This document shows positions 44,987 through 60,057 of a DNA stretch of 64,000 nt, piece by piece. The number at the start of each line of letters is the position of its first letter. Within the stretch, counting starts at the first letter, position 1. The notes under the pieces were generated by a model. It saw nothing but the letters and a program-made list of their open reading frames with translations. It was not told where the DNA came from and ran no database searches. The stretch lies in assembly GCF_009914755.1 (NCBI RefSeq), contig NC_060927.1. One strand, written 5' to 3'. The translations under genes were made by a program, and so were the position numbers. This stretch comes from the human T2T-CHM13v2.0 reference genome, Homo sapiens.

Positions 44987-47209
44987 CTGCAAACAGACAA
45001 AATCAGGAAGAACGGCTTTAGCATAACAGCATTAATATAACATAAAGACAACATTAATATATAAAAGCTGTACTATGATGTATTTTATATGTTACATAAT
45101 ATATTTATTATTACAATTATAATAATATATATCATATGAACTTATATTTCTACATTTTATAATTTAAAAGAAGCCTTTATTTGGCATGATCGTCAAAGAA
45201 CATCACAGGGTTCATACCTATTTCAGAAATTCTCATGTGGAAGAGTATTCACATCACTTGCAAAATATTTAAATATATGAATATTGACAGTAAAGTGCTT
45301 CAAGATTGCTTTTCAATTTATCTAAGTCCATCAGAAGAATCTGAGTCTTGACTAATTTTTCTTCATTCTTCTAGTTTCAAGAGACTCTAGGTCAAATTCT
45401 CATTTATAGGCCTGAAACCTCCCAAAAGATGAAAATTAACTGTGGCTGTTAATTTCTAAACCCTTCTCTGATGAATATCATGTCATTTTAACAGAGGCAG
45501 CCTGAAATGTTGCATGTTTCTATGAAAAATCTTTATCCAAATATTAGGCCAGCTGGCTGTTTCATTTTGCTACAGAAGAACTTTCCCTTCGACTTACCTC
45601 AGAAGGAATAAAACATAAACTCGCTGCCAAGAAGAATGCAAACACCACTCTCTCTATTTGAGACAGTGCCTATTGCAGGGAAACCCACTGTGTCCACATA
45701 GTTTCAAGGTCCGTATCTGCTTTGATCTGTGAAAAAGGAAATCTCCCTAGCAGAGAGCCAAAACCATACATGCAGAAGCTTGAAACCACTGTGCAAACAA
45801 CTGAATATTGTGAAACAAGGTTTAGGGGCAATAGAATAACCTTTTAACTTTCTCTTTTGTCTCCTGGTGTCCTGAAATTTCCCCTGTGGTCCTTTTTCAT
45901 AAAGAATCAAAATTCAATCCTAGATTTTAAAAAAGGGTGTTGTCCACAATTTTAGCAAATCTAAAACACCAACGCTAGAAACTCCAGACATCTTTGACAG
46001 CTCCCTTCCTTCACCTTCTTGTACCAAATGCTGTTATTCTCCTTTCAAATTGTCTTCAGGATTCCTTCCCTTTCCTCATTATCAAAGCCACCCTTGGGCT
46101 GGGCCCAGACATCCTCTCCATGTGGCCAGATGACAGCTCAGCCTTAAAGTCTTTCTGAGTCTGAGGTGCCATTTGGAACCCCACCTGCCCTCTGAAGGTT
46201 TCCTGAAAGACTGCTTTGGTCATGTCATACTTCTTGCTTAAAAGCTGCCCACCAATTACTTCTAGTGTCTTTGGGATCCTGTAGTCAGGGTCTATCATAC
46301 CTAATCCAATCTCATCTCTCACTACTTCTATACTCTTCCACTGATCCAAATTGGCTCCATTTTTAAACTTTCTTCCACATTCATCCAGACCATTCCCATT
46401 TCCATACCCTTACCAGGAGTGTAGACCCCTTATATGGTTCTTCCCCTTGCCCAGAGTACCCTCCTCCTTTCTCCTATATATTAAAATAATACCTGTTATA
46501 GAGGGACCAGCACAATTCCTTCCAGCCCACATCCTCTAGTATGTCCTCCTTTTGTACTATCTATCTCTGCTTAATATAGTATCTCCATAAGGTGCTTCTT
46601 AGTTCCTTATTACCTCTGTTTGGATTTTCCTCTTCTTGTCACATATGTGTTTGTCTTTTTTCTGCCCATAAATTTCCAAGGACCCCAAGCTCTAATTGTT
46701 GATAGGTCTGGGCAGAGGTGTGACAATTCTGAGAAAGGAAAAATTGGCCACTTCTAGTTGTGGGGCTCAAAGGATGCTTCATCAAGAGGGTAACTTAAGA
46801 ACTGAAGGGTAAATTTTGACTGTGGGCATCACAAGCTGATATTATAGTGTATTCAAGAGCAGAGACAGAGGTTGGAAAGGATGATATACATACAGCAAAT
46901 TATGAGTAGTTCAGCTTGGTCGGTGAATAGAATGTGTACAAAGACTTAGCAGGAGATAAGGCTCAGTGGTTCTCAGCCAAGAGTGGTACCTATCTACAAA
47001 GGACATTTTGGAAATGTATGGGGATGTTTTGGATTACCATAATGATTCAGGGATGATACTGGCAGAAACTAGGGATATTAAACCTCTGACAATGCACAGG
47101 ACAATTCTACACTATGAATTGTCCTAACCAAAATGCCATTAGTAACTCCCTTGAGTGTCTTGGATGCCAACATAAGGAAGTACTTTATCTAATCTATGGG
47201 GAGAAGCCT

Positions 47210-47700
47210 GAGTGCTCCTTCTCCTGGAAAAGGTATATGGTAATTTAGATTCTTACTCAGAAATATTATCTCCTTACTCCTTATTTCCATGGGAAGATAT
47301 ACTTTTCTACTCTACTGATCTCAGCATAGCCATATGACTGGCTTGAGCCAATGAAATGTTAGCAGGTGATGCAGCAGAGGTTTGAGAAATGCTTATGCAA
47401 TTGGTTTTCTCTCTGGTACCTCTGCAATTACCAGGAGAAGAATATGCCCAGACTAGCCTGATGATCCCAGGAATAAGAAGAGAGATATGTGGAGCAGAGC
47501 CAAACCTAGATCAACCAACACCCAGACAAATCCCAAATCTGTGAAGAGGCCCAGACAATATCAGCAAAGCTGTTTGTTTGGGCCCAGCCAAGATCAGCTG
47601 TTCCTCAACCGATCTGTGAGAATAAGTGATTCTTTTCAGCCACTGACTTTTCACCCAGTTTGTTATGCAGCATCATTGTGACCATAGTTAACTAAAACAA
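47210..47700. mobile_element. MLT1-type LTR remnant
   Basis: GCCATATGACTGGCTT..GCCAATGAAATG and TTGTTATGCAGCA motifs. Confidence 0.55.
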
Positions 47701-47864
47701 GGTTGTGCCTGAGGCATCTCATGCTTCCTACTCTTCCCTGTCTGCTAGTGCTAGTGCCCCAGTACTGAGGAATCCAGAATACCCACCTTCTCTGCTCTTT
47801 CCCCAGACCTTCCTCTTACACTGAGATCTCCCAGTGGCTCACATATTCTAGGACCAAACTTTAC

Positions 47865-48470
47865 CTCCTACAGCCTCCTCGTTGGCTGTAATCCTGTGTT
47901 CCTGCTGTCTAGTCCCTTGGATCACCACATTCATATCTTCTACTATGTGTCTGACTTCATCTTCTCTCTGCACATCATAGACAAGGTCTGGGGATCCCGT
48001 CCCTTCCAGTTCTCTCCTGTCAAAGTCCTGCACACCCACAGACATAACTTTCACACCTTTCTCTCTTAGTCTCTGTGCAGCATCCTGGACTTCATCCTCT
48101 GATTTGCCTGAATTAATGACCACTGCATACTGGGGAATGCCCTGGAGAAACCTGCTTCCTGCTTCCTCCTGGAAGAATGTCTGAAGAAGGTATCACAGTG
48201 CCTTGCCTGTCCTCCTGGAGCAACCCAGGGGCACAAAATGCTCATGAATGTGAGCTATCATCTCATTCTGGGTCTTGTAGGTATTGAGCAAAAACTCAGT
48301 GTGACCTTGGTCACCATACTGAGCCAGCCCAATTTGGTACTTGTCCCTGCCAACCTCCAGCATGCCAACCACTCTGGAGAGGAAATTCTGCATCCTCTGG
48401 AAACTGGCCCGTGATGTGTCTTGTGATGTGTCAGCAAGAAAGACCATGTCTGCATAGGCTTTGATGAATT
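47865..48470 (-). pseudogene. COL6A4P1: VWA exon N5 (606 nt, in-frame TGA at 48193-48195)
   Basis: ORFs 48193..48447 and 47848..48123 are in the same frame either side of KAL*YLLQTFF; canonical splice sites. Confidence 0.88.
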
Positions 48471-49171
48471 CTGGAAGTAAAGGGAAAGGGAGACCAGGGG
48501 GCCAGAAAAAGACAAAAGGAGAAAGTAAATCAAATCAAACTCTCATGAAAATTGAATATAAGGATCGTTTTGTGTGCCCAATGTGAGAGGTAGAAGTCCT
48601 ATCTTTATACAACTCTCTGTATATTGTACTTCCCTTCCTCTATGTGGGACTCTATCACAAGGCTTTTCCTCTCTTATAGCCTGCTGCCTTGTTGTCTGTT
48701 TTATTATACTAACCTACCTTTCAATTACTCTTGTTCAAACAATAGAGGAGGCAAGGGAAGTTAACTGAGGATACATTTTATGCTAGAGCTTTTTATACAT
48801 TTTATCTGATTTAATCCTCATAAGCCTTTCTTCTAGACAAGTATTATTTTCTTTGTGAAGATGAGAAAATTGAAGTGAAAAAGTGAAGCCACTTGTCCTT
48901 GCTGACACAACTAGAAAGTGGCAAAGACAGGATTAAAAAACAGGTCTTCTGGCTTTCAAAACCCATGCTGTTTCCTTTGAACAACATGGCAAGATGTTCC
49001 TTTCTACCCACAAGAACTCCATCCGGCCTTCAATCCTTTCCCCTAGGAAGCCTCCCCAGGTTCTCCAGTGATGCTGGGCACTCCTTTCCCTCCCATACAC
49101 CCAGCATATTCTGGGTTATATTTTAGTAAGCTGGCATGGTTGGAATCTTGGGTTCTAACACAGCTTCTTAC

Positions 49172-49760
49172 CTTTTATCTTACCCTCCACTGCTGAGCAC
49201 AGAGTCTGAAGAATACTTCCTGAAAAATCCTGCAGGATATTGAAGTTTTCAGTGTTGAAGAGAAACTTCTCAAATGGCTCACTGGTTATTTTTTGCAACT
49301 CTTGGACATCCTGGACATTGACCCCTACCACATAACACAACAACTCCATCTTCTTTCAACCGGTCAGCCACCTCCTGGACCTCATCATTTGACTCCCCGT
49401 CAGTCACCAGGATAACTATCTGAGGAACTCTGTCCTTGGCCCGACTGCCAGACTCCTCAGTCAAATAGTTGGTCCTGATAAACTCCAGGGCGCTCCCTGT
49501 GTTTGTGCCTCCTGTGCGGTATGGCAGATTCTGGATCTGCTCCAAGATCATGCTCTTCAGAGGGTGCTGGTTCAGCTGGAAGGCTGGGTAGATGTTGTCA
49601 TTATACTGGGCAAGTCCCACTCGGACACGGTCACTGCTGATGTCAAGCCCCAAGATGACGGAGTAAAGGAAGTTCTTGACTTTCTGGAAGTTTTGGGGTC
49701 CGATGCTAGTTGAACTGTCTACTAGAAACACAATGTCTGCCAGGGCTGCTTCTCTGCAAG
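49172..49760 (-). pseudogene. COL6A4P1: VWA exon N6 (589 nt, +1 frameshift at ~49335)
   Basis: DIVFLVDSSTS MIDAS motif. GTG T TAT GTG carries an extra T, splitting the domain between ORFs 49279..49731 and 49155..49349. An alternative donor exists at 49184. Confidence 0.88.
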
Positions 49761-51993
49761 CTATAAGAGAGACGGCAAAAGGGATTGGATTACTGGATCT
49801 TCACTCAAAATGCTTTGAACCATTGAACAAATGGTTCAAGCTGCTTGGAACCAACGCAGAAAAGAAGAATAATGGCAGGCAGCCTATACTTAGTGGTCCT
49901 CAGACGCTACCCTCACCCCAAATGACAATGTGCTCAGAGCAATAACATTAACATCCCCCTGTACCTTTCCTTCTCTCTGCTCCATCACCTTCTGAGATTT
50001 CAGACCTGCTCTACCGATACTTCCAACCTTGAAATCCACTTAGATAATCCCTTAAATTTTATTAAGAAGAAAAGCACTCTGTAAATTAAGCAACATGCTG
50101 AGAAAGGGAATGTATTCTTTCCAGTCAGAAAAAGCCATCAGCCTCCTATCTTTTGACAAAGAAACCTCATATCTAGGAGTGTGCTGGCACCAGCTGGTCA
50201 GAAAGCTGGAATATATCCCATGTTCCTTGACACATCTTATTGCAGCTCTATCATTTAATAGCTCTGTGACCTATTTAACACTCACTTCTTTGAGATTTAA
50301 TTTTCCTCTCTGCAGCACTGAAATCTTTACACCAACCCTCATACTCTCCCAAGGTTGTTTTGAGGATAAAATAAGATAATCTACTGCAGCAGACAATGTC
50401 ATGTTCTGCTCAGTCCTTTTGGATTTCTTTTTTACCATTCTATGCACTGCTCTTTGGAAAACTACCCTCCAGCTAGTAAAGCTACTTTTCTCACAATATT
50501 TAAAAGCCCAGATCCTTGCTTGACCCAGATTCAGGGTCAAGACAACTTTGAGGCATAATGTACACCAAACTCCCCTGCAGGATCAGGCTAAAATCCCTTA
50601 CAGAATTTTTGCCTGAAATCACACCCTTCCTTACTTTTCTCTACTTCTCTGTCCTGAATACCCCACATCCTTACTGACCATTGCCCCGGGAGCTCTTCCT
50701 TAGCAAATCATGTGTATCCAAATTCTTGTTTCAGGCCCTGCTCCCCAGGAATACAACCTAACAGCCCTGCTCTAGTGGAATGGCTCTGCTCTAAAAGATC
50801 TGGGATCAAGTCCCTAGTTCTGCAATCCACTTGTGGTAACTTTGGCTTCAGTTTTCTTATCTGAAAAATGCAAACAATAATACTAATTACCCTACGTATC
50901 TAACAAAGTTGAGATGATCAGTCAGATGAGCAATATAAATAAGTTTTGAAAACTATACAACGCCAGGCAAATAGTAGCTATTATTACTATGAATATAAAA
51001 TTTCTTTGTAAACCTTGAAGTGCTGTACAAAAGGAAGATATATAATATTTATTTGCCCATACAAATGCAATACTACCACCACACACCTGCTGCATCAATG
51101 GGTCAAAAGTTTTAGCACTTCTTCCAATTAAAATACCCTATACAGAAATACCAAAATAATGAATAAATCATGAAGAGTCTGTCCTTTTGTGGGTTTTGAT
51201 GGAGCCCACAAGCATTCTTCTCTTTCTCTACTCAAAGTTGTATGCTTTATTATGGAGGTTAGTAATTAATTTATAAAGAATTTTCACCATTTTATGCCCT
51301 ATCACCAATAGAAGCACAAAGTTGATGACAGGCATATCATCATCACAGGTTATGACAAGTAATAACAGGTAATGTTTATGAGTACCTCTGGTTGGCCAGG
51401 TATAGTGCCAAGCACTTTACTTGCACAATTTTGTTTAATGTTTTTAACAACTCTCTGAGGCAGGTACTATCATCCTAGGAAGAAAATTTAGATTCAGAGA
51501 GGTAAAGTAACTTGTCTAAGATTACCCTTTCTCTACTTTGTAAGATTTGAACACAGATCTTTATTTTCCCTAAATTAATAATCTATAATCTTAACCAGTA
51601 TATTAAACCAACAGGCTTGCAGTTAAATTAGCAAACATCCTAGGGGAACTACTGCCCCTCTCCCTTCCCATCCTTCATCCAGGCAACATGGGTAAGTTAA
51701 CCTAGGAATAATAATGTCATTCTAGAAACAAATAAATCTTCATTCAAAAATGGACTTATACTATATCGTATATAGAACCAGCATAAGGCCCACAGGATTT
51801 ATAAAAAGAGCTGATGAGGCTTTGGTCAGTGATTGAAGAGGAGCATAGGGTTGGCTTCATGAAATTTTAATTTTAAAATTAAAACATGCACACATATGAA
51901 AAATAAGAAGGATGGGCAGAGGGATGAATAAGAGACCAAGCTTTGAGTTTCATGACTTCCAGATCAGAAATTAAGAATAAAAAGCCTTTGTAC

Positions 51994-52596
51994 CTGGAGA
52001 GACGTGGTCAACATGTGGAGCTGCCTTTGCCAACGTATCACAGAGTTCCTGCCGCAGCTTCTGGGCGAGATTGCTCAGACCAGAGAAGTTAGGAACAAAG
52101 GAGGTAAAATTCTCCTGAGGACTACTGGCAATTTCCCTGAGCTCTGCCCAAACTGCATCTCTGACGCCAATAGCATAAAGCAGGATGCCTGCCTTCCTCA
52201 ATGCCTTCGCAGGTCCATGGACATGGTCCTCAACTGGCCCACTGCTGATCACCACGGCGATCTGAGGTACCTCTTGGCTTGCCCGGCTCCCTGATGCTTC
52301 CTGGAAGTGGTGGTCTAGAATGAACTTCAGGGCCAGGCCCATCTTCTTGCCCCCAGGCTTAAATTGAAACTGCCGAATGTGTCTCAACACATCACCTTTG
52401 CGGTGGTAGGTGGAAAGCAAGAACTCTGAATGGGGCACATCGCTATACTTGGCCAGACCCACACGGATGGTCTCACTGCTGACGTTGAAGCTGTTTACCA
52501 GAATGTACAAGAAGTTCCGCACACTGCGTGCATGTTGGGGGTTGATGTTGGTGTCCACCAGAAACACAACATCTCCCAGAGAGGCTTCCCTGCAGA
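51994..52596 (-). pseudogene. COL6A4P1: VWA exon N7 (603 nt, open, phase 1-1)
   Basis: ctag acceptor, CCAG|GTAC donor; matches ORF 51971..52567 (DVVFLVD...IAVVISSG...LYAIGV). Confidence 0.9.
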
Positions 52597-55297
52597 CTAG
52601 GAAAGAGAGTCACTTTCAGATAAAACATAACAAATGACAGTTACTGGCTGGAATCCCATCTCTCCAGACTCAGAGCCTTTACTCCCCACAGATCTGCCTG
52701 CACAGCATGCAGCCTAGACACACCATCATCTTCCCTTGTATTCCCATGGCTACCATCTTCCCCTGCTCACCTACCACTCTCTGTTCCATTCTAATAGACA
52801 TTTGGCCCTTCAGTTAGATCACCCACCCTGCTTTCCATTCATCCCTTGACCTAAATAAAAGAACCCAGTTTTCTACCAGTAGTGGATGCTGTTGGTACCC
52901 ACCTAGATCGCCTTTACTGGTTGGCACACCTATCCCCCAGCTGCTTTAAGTACTACCTGTGACTTTCTCCAGAGTCCTAACCTTGGCTGAAGGGAGTGGC
53001 CTCAATTGGAGACGCCTGGGATGTTACACCACTACCACCACCCTGGGTGGCCAATGTCTAATCAACATGGAGATACAAATGCCTGGCCCACTTGCCTTCA
53101 GTGAAACAACCCTGCAGTGTTATTTAGACTCCATCACCACCTCTCATGACTCAGGCCAAGGCTTGACTTTACCTATTGTCTTCATCCCCTACTCTAACCC
53201 ACTTCTGTTACTCCCTTACAGATTTTTTTCCTAAAGAGTACTTTCTCAAAATAATGCACTCAAATCCCTGTCCCAAACTCTGCTTCCAGGGAACCTGACC
53301 TAAGACATCAGCTTTCCAGCTTTGACTTCTGTACTCCCTGGCCACCACCAGCCCCTTTTAGTTTGATCGTTGGCATTCCTATACTTGTGGCTCACATTTG
53401 TCTTTTGGCTCCCTGAGCTCAAGCTGCACTATGCAGCTACTTCTCCCCAGCCCCAGCTACAAGCCTGGAAACCACCATCTCAACAGTGGCCAGGCCCATT
53501 GGTACCCCATCTGGGCCCATCCTGGCCTCCAGCATGGAAGACATCAGACACCAAGTGGCTGCAGGACTGGAGCAAATTTTGGTAAATTCTCATAGGATCA
53601 TGTTCTTTTATCTTTGTTTGTAATGTAACATTCATGATTGTGCTTATTTAGTTAATGGCAATTTCCCCAACTAGACTGTGAGATCCATGAGAACAGATAA
53701 CCATGTATTTTGTTTGTTTGTTCACCACATGAGCATCTAGCATAGAGCAGATACCCAAAAATATTGAGGAAGGAAAGAATAGAGGAAAAGAGAGAAAGGA
53801 AAGAGACAGCACTTATAAGGATGGAAATCTTGAACATTAATGAAAACAAATAATGGAATTAAAATTTTAGTGCTAGAAATAATTATATGAGACTGTAGCT
53901 GCTAGACATGTGGCAACTGAGCACGTGAAATGTAGCTAGTATAACAGAAACTGAACTTCATATTTTACTGAATTTTGATTTATTTTAATTCAGAGAGTCA
54001 CATGCAGCTGGTGGCCCCTGTATTGGACAGTACAAGTATAAAATAAGGAGTCCAATTCAGCTATCTCAAAGAGAAGGAAAATAAGACCTGGAAAGGCAAA
54101 GTAACTCATGTAAATCCATTCAAAGAGCCAGAATTAGGACCCAGGTCTCCTGATATCTAGTCCATACCCTGAACTGCCATGAAGATTAAATTAGAAATCC
54201 ATATTACAGAAAGGCAAAGACCAAGTGAGAGTCTAGACAGAGAGGGCTTGGGGAGGTTGGTATAATCCAGGGACACTTAATCCACTTGTCACTTCTGGAG
54301 TCCTGGGTCCCACCTCTCAGAAGTTTGCATAACATTGGTCATAAAGCCAAGTGGAATCTGATCATGGAAAAGGCAGACAATAAATGAACTTCAGGTCCTT
54401 TAAGCTTTATTTCCCTTCAACCCTCCAAAGTGCAGTCTTACTGGGAGAATTCAATGACTGTTCCAGGGATGGCTGACTGGCTTGTCGCCTTAACATCTCT
54501 TTCAGGGGTGATCAAATGCAAACCACGAAGTGTTTCCCTGATCTTTCAAATCAGAGGAAACCACACAGCTGTAGAATATTTTCAAGGCAAGTAAGTTTCA
54601 GTTCTATCATATGCAACTTGAGAGATGTATTACATTTTCGTAGACTGTCACTTTCTTAACCCCTCCACTAGTTCTTTGAATGTTTTAGAAGGTGTTTGAA
54701 ACATGAAAAGACTGTCACAGCTTCTGTTCACAAGTGAAGGGAGTCAGAGCCAAAAGGAAAACTGAGAGAGCTTCATGGTTTTTTTTTCCCCCAACAAATA
54801 ACAGCCTGTGTAATTATATTTGAATATTTAAACCTCAATATTGTCTCACTGGCACTTCAGGCTACTCAAATAATCTTCTTCTGATGAGACTTTCATCTTG
54901 GAAAGTCCCAACAATCTATTAAAATAACTGCAAAAAATTGCAGATGTGTCACTAGCACTCAGTGAAGCGATCCGTCTTGTGATGATAATTACTCCTCAGA
55001 ACAGCTCTGCCGAAGAGAAAAGGCAGAATGCAGAACAGACTCCTGTTTACAAAAGCGTTTGAGAACCTAGTAATACATTTCAGAGTATGGAAGTTTTTAA
55101 TATCTATTTTTTTGTCATTTGGGGTTAAGTACTGAAAAAACAAGTGCCCACCATTCACTATAAGCTTCCAGATTCTGACTAAATTCTCCTTCAATGAATC
55201 GATTGCCTCTTATTAATTCTGAAGCTTCTGTAATATTTCCTTTTAAGATGGTCACTACCACTAGATGGTTTTCAGCTTAAAGAAACCCAGGTATTAC

Positions 55298-55383
55298 CAA
55301 TCCTCTGTGACTTGAAGCCAAAACCAGCTTCAAGGAGGATGATCCCCCAAAATATCTTCCAAGTCTCCATTCTAGATGTGGAC
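55298..55383 (-). pseudogene. COL6A4P1: COL6A4 start/signal-peptide exon (ATG at 55370; METWKIFWGIILLEAGFGFKSQRI)
   Basis: Polypyrimidine tract + AG acceptor, 13 nt of UTR, 73 coding nt, phase-1 GT donor; hydrophobic leader. Not in the ORF track; translated by hand. Confidence 0.85.
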
Positions 55384-58300
55384 CTAGAGAAAAGAAGAAA
55401 CCTTGTAATTAAAAAATGTGCCTTCATGCACTTAAAATGTGTCCAACACATTGACTATAAATTATGCCTCATGAAGTTGATTTTTTTAAAGCATAAGGAT
55501 GTCTTTCCCCACATCAACATAGGCTTTATCAAAATAAAGAGGGAAATGTTCCCACATTGTTTCAATTGTGCAAGGAAAATGGTCTTGCTGATCCAACTCG
55601 GGAAGAATTTTGTAAACACCCAGAGTGTACACCTCAGACTTCACTATTTAAAGTTGTCCAGATGTGGCTATAAAAGGAGAAAGCATACAGGACATGGCAT
55701 AGAACTTCCATTTCACACACTGCATTCATTTGGTGGGTCATAAACATTTCTGAATGATTTTGTTTGTATATTTATGCAAGAGTGGAATAACCTGATAAAC
55801 AGTTGTGGTATGCTAAAATATTCAAGTATCTCAGGAGCACATCTGCCTGGTCAAATAAGCCTAGTCTGAAAATACCTCATACATTCTCAAAAAAAAAAAA
55901 AAGCAGAACATCAGACCTCCCTCCCCAAAGCTTAGATCCATTTCCAAAGGGGTCCATGGAAATTGTCTACTCTCAATTCCATTTCTATTTTTTTTACTCT
56001 AAGAAAGTCCATTTGTTTAAAAATAAGAACATAATAATCCCATTGAATGAGAGGTTCCAAGTGGAACAGGGAATACCTCATCTTTATATTCTTGGCCAGC
56101 CAATCTCACAGCTGCCTTCAGCAGAATGTATGTGGTTAAAAAGCAAGGACTCTTGGAGATAGACTGCCTGGGCTTGAGTCTTCGATCCACTATCTAATAG
56201 TGGATCTTAGGCAAATTGCTTCACTTTTCTCTGCCTTGGTTTCCCCATTTGTAAAATAGGGGCAATAATAGCACCTACCTTATAGTGTTATCAGGATTGA
56301 GTTCATTATTATAAAACACTTTACCCATTCCTGGCACACAGAAGGCACTCTTTAGGTGTTTGTTAAATAAAATAAACCTTCTTGGAGCCCCAATATGTAA
56401 TTCAAAAGAATTCAAAAGAATTCTTCCATGTCTTTGCCATTGTGAATAGTTAAAGCACATTCTTAAACAAACCAAAGAGTTTAAGCAAGAATCTCTAGCA
56501 TGTCTAAATCACTTCCTAGTCTTGGGTTCTTTAAATAGAATATTGTGTGGAAGTGATCATCACAACACCCAGGAATAGCAGACACCCAACAGCTGCGTTT
56601 CTCTTTCCAGAAAGTGTTAAGTGAAAACCACCCCCCACTCCCTAAAAACACATCTTGACTGTTCATGCTCAACTTACTCCTTAAGAGGGATTCAAAAATT
56701 TGAGATAACCATATTTATTTTATTTACTTTATTATTTACACCAACAGAAAATACTGGGAGAAGTCTTGACTTTAAAGGAAGCCCATAGGCCTTGATTCTG
56801 GTTTGAGCTTGGCTATTTGCTCTGCAGACTTGAGCAAGCTGTTTCAACTTTCAGGTTTTATGTGATGAGTCTAGAGGTCTTAGCTCTGATTTGAGACAAC
56901 TACTGTATTGACCACTGTATTACAAACATGCCCTAGGGAATTGGTCCAGTGTTTTTCCAGGAAATAGATGTGCTATAATTAGATTTCTCTGTTCCTCAGT
57001 TTCTACATAACTTCCCACTAGTGCCTCCTCCCGGAGGTGTATAAGTAACTAAAGGAAAGGTACTTTAAGACTTTAGATATCCTATCCTTCAATAAACTTT
57101 TACCTAAGGGTAAAAAAAAAAATGCATGAATCTTAAAGAATAGATTGCCCTAGTGAATTAATAACTGTATGAGGGTAAAGAGCTTGAGAGTCTGAAGGTG
57201 TGAAAAATGATCCAAAATAAATTAATGGATCATCAACATGATCCTCATCATCATCATTGCAATAAAATATTACACTTCCAATTTTGAAACACTTGGGTTA
57301 ATAAAGTTATTGGAAAAAACAAAACCTTTAAGTAAAGGTTTTACTGTATAAAACCTAAATATAGATATTATGTCTACATTTTCATTTTCCATTATGTCCC
57401 AATTATTACTATTCATGCGATTAGTCATAAAAAATGAGCATTTTTAGCTAATTGTAAATAAAGCACTAGAGCTGTTTATGAAACTCTAGTGGGAAAGTCA
57501 AAATGATAAACATTTATAAACGGTTGTAAACATTTTACAGCTGGGCAAGTCTGTGTTATATCAATGAAGAGTTAAGTATCTATGTATTAGAGATTTAATA
57601 TCTACGTGATATGTACTATTTCATTAAGATGTTTATATCTTAAGCTGCTGAAGAGATTTTGCATCTGAACACATGGGACTCCTCATGGAGGCAAGAAATA
57701 AAGCCATTAAATGAAATGGAATTAGATAGGGATAGCATAGAATACTGATTCTTTCTGCAAATAACTTTAATAGTTTTGCAATAGAAAAGATTTCTCTCAA
57801 AAATATATTGCTCAAATAGTTAACCAACTAAAACCGTCTATTTTTTAGATTCATTTATTCAGTTTAAAAATTACTTTGCAACTACCATAGTAACAATTGA
57901 CTCAGGAAGAATCATCAGAGATTGCTAAAACCACTGGGTAAAAGTTTGTTACACAACAGAATATGAATATATTTTCAAAGTATCTTCTGAAAAATTACTT
58001 AGAAATTACAAAGGGCAAAAAAGTACCATTACGATGGAGAAGCCTGATGGACATGACTTAACCAAGTGATCAATTACATCAATAATAACAGGATAAACCA
58101 ACATCATCACCTCCTGATATTATGCATGAGAAAACTTAACATCACTTATATAGTATTTCTCCTTAAAATCCATGACCTAAATCTGATAACGAGAAAACAA
58201 TCACATAAACCAAAACTTGAGGACAGTCTAAAAAATAACTGGCCTGTGCGTCTCAAAAATATTCATATCATGAAAGACAAAGCAAAGGAATTGATTCAGA

Positions 58301-58444
58301 TTATAGGAGTCCAAAGAGACATAACATATAAAGGCAATTCATGATCCTGGTTTGGGGGGAAAAATGCTATAAAAGCCATTGAATGAGACAGTAGACAAAA
58401 TGTTAATATGGACAGAATATTATATAATAATACTGTATCAAGGT

Positions 58445-58638
<194 letters not shown>

Positions 58639-59674
58639 TACGGTATCAATGTTAAATTTAATAACTTTGATTATTGTGTTGTAGTCATGTAAGAGAATGG
58701 CCTTCTTATTTAAAAATACACACTGATGCATTGTGGAGCAAAGGACCTTACTATCAGCAACTTACTCTCAAATGCTTGGCAAAATTATAATGATTCATAG
58801 AGAGAGGAATAAAGCATTGCAATACATTTGCAACTTTTTACTGAGTGTTTATTGTTTGCCAGACTAAACTTCAGGCCCTAGAAATAACAGACTAAAAGAA
58901 ACCATTCTTTTTCTCAGAGAACTAGTGGAGAGAGAGATGGATAAATTGTAATATTGTGGGATAAGCAAAATAAAATAGAAAGCTATACAAAGTGCTGAGG
59001 AACACAGTGTGTGAGCACCTGTCTTCACCTGGGTGAAGAGTTTACAGAGCAGATGATTCCAGAGTGAAGACTTGAAGGATGAGTAGAAATTTGCAAGTGA
59101 GAATGTGAAGAAAGGGAGTTCCAGGAAGAAGAACAGCATGTACATGCAAGGACACTGGAGAGGTACTAGACACTCCAAACACAGCCTGCCCACAGATTCA
59201 GGAGCTCAGGTTTAGGAGTGCTGGGGATGTGGTTAGGCCTTCATTAGAGCTCATGCACCTGTGCTGTCCAAGCTCTTAAGGCTTGATAAGTCTCATAGAG
59301 ATCTTTTCTGAAATGACTGAACTTAAAAGGTGGGATAGAAGAGGGGACCCGAGCAGAATTCCTCAGTCTTCAAAAACAAACCTCCTTAACTTCATTTAAT
59401 TAAAGTAGCAATGCTTTATATACCAGTCTCCTTCAAGGTTTTTGTTCTTCCTCTGTGGAATGCTCAACTATAAAATACGAAGATTCCATCTCTAATGTCC
59501 TATGCCAGTGACTCTTAAACTTCAGCATTGCATCAGAGTTACCCAGAGGACCTGTTAAAGCCCAGTTTGTTGGCCCCTACCTCCAGAGTTTCTGATTTTG
59601 TAAGTGTAGTGTGAACCCTTAGAATCTGCCTGCTGAGCTGGTCCGAGGAACCATATTTCAAAAACCATTCTTTA

Positions 59675-60057
59675 GGCCGGGCATAGTGGCTCATGACTAT
59701 AATCCTAGCACTTTGGGAGACCAAGGCAGGAGGAGTGCCTGAGCCCAGGAGCTGGAAACCAGCCTGGGAAAAATAAAGAGACCCTGTCTCTACAAAAATA
59801 AAAATAAAAATTAGCCTGGTGTGGTGGTGTGTGCCTGTTGTCCCAGCTTCTCAGGAGGCAAAGGTGGGAGAATTGACTGAGTCCAGAAGTCGAGGCTGCA
59901 ACAAGCCATGATCATGCCACTGCACTCCAGCCTGGGTGACAGAGAGGGAAGGGAAGGGGAAGGGGAAGGGGAAGGGAGAAAGAGAGAAAGAGAGAGAGAA
60001 AGAAAGGAAAGGAAAAGAAAAGAAAAGAAAAGAAAAGAAAAGGAAAAGAAAAGAAAC
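59675..60057 (+). mobile_element. Alu (J-like) with expanded (GGGAAG)n/(GAAAA)n tail
   Basis: Alu body followed by purine microsatellite. Confidence 0.88.

Noticed and set aside
55312-55743. 143-aa plus-strand ORF
   Set aside because: Antisense to the signal-peptide exon, non-ATG start, no recognisable domain.
56580-56720. Possible non-coding first exon of COL6A4 (GTAAGT-like donor near 56675)
   Set aside because: Only a donor-like motif; no promoter evidence to support it.
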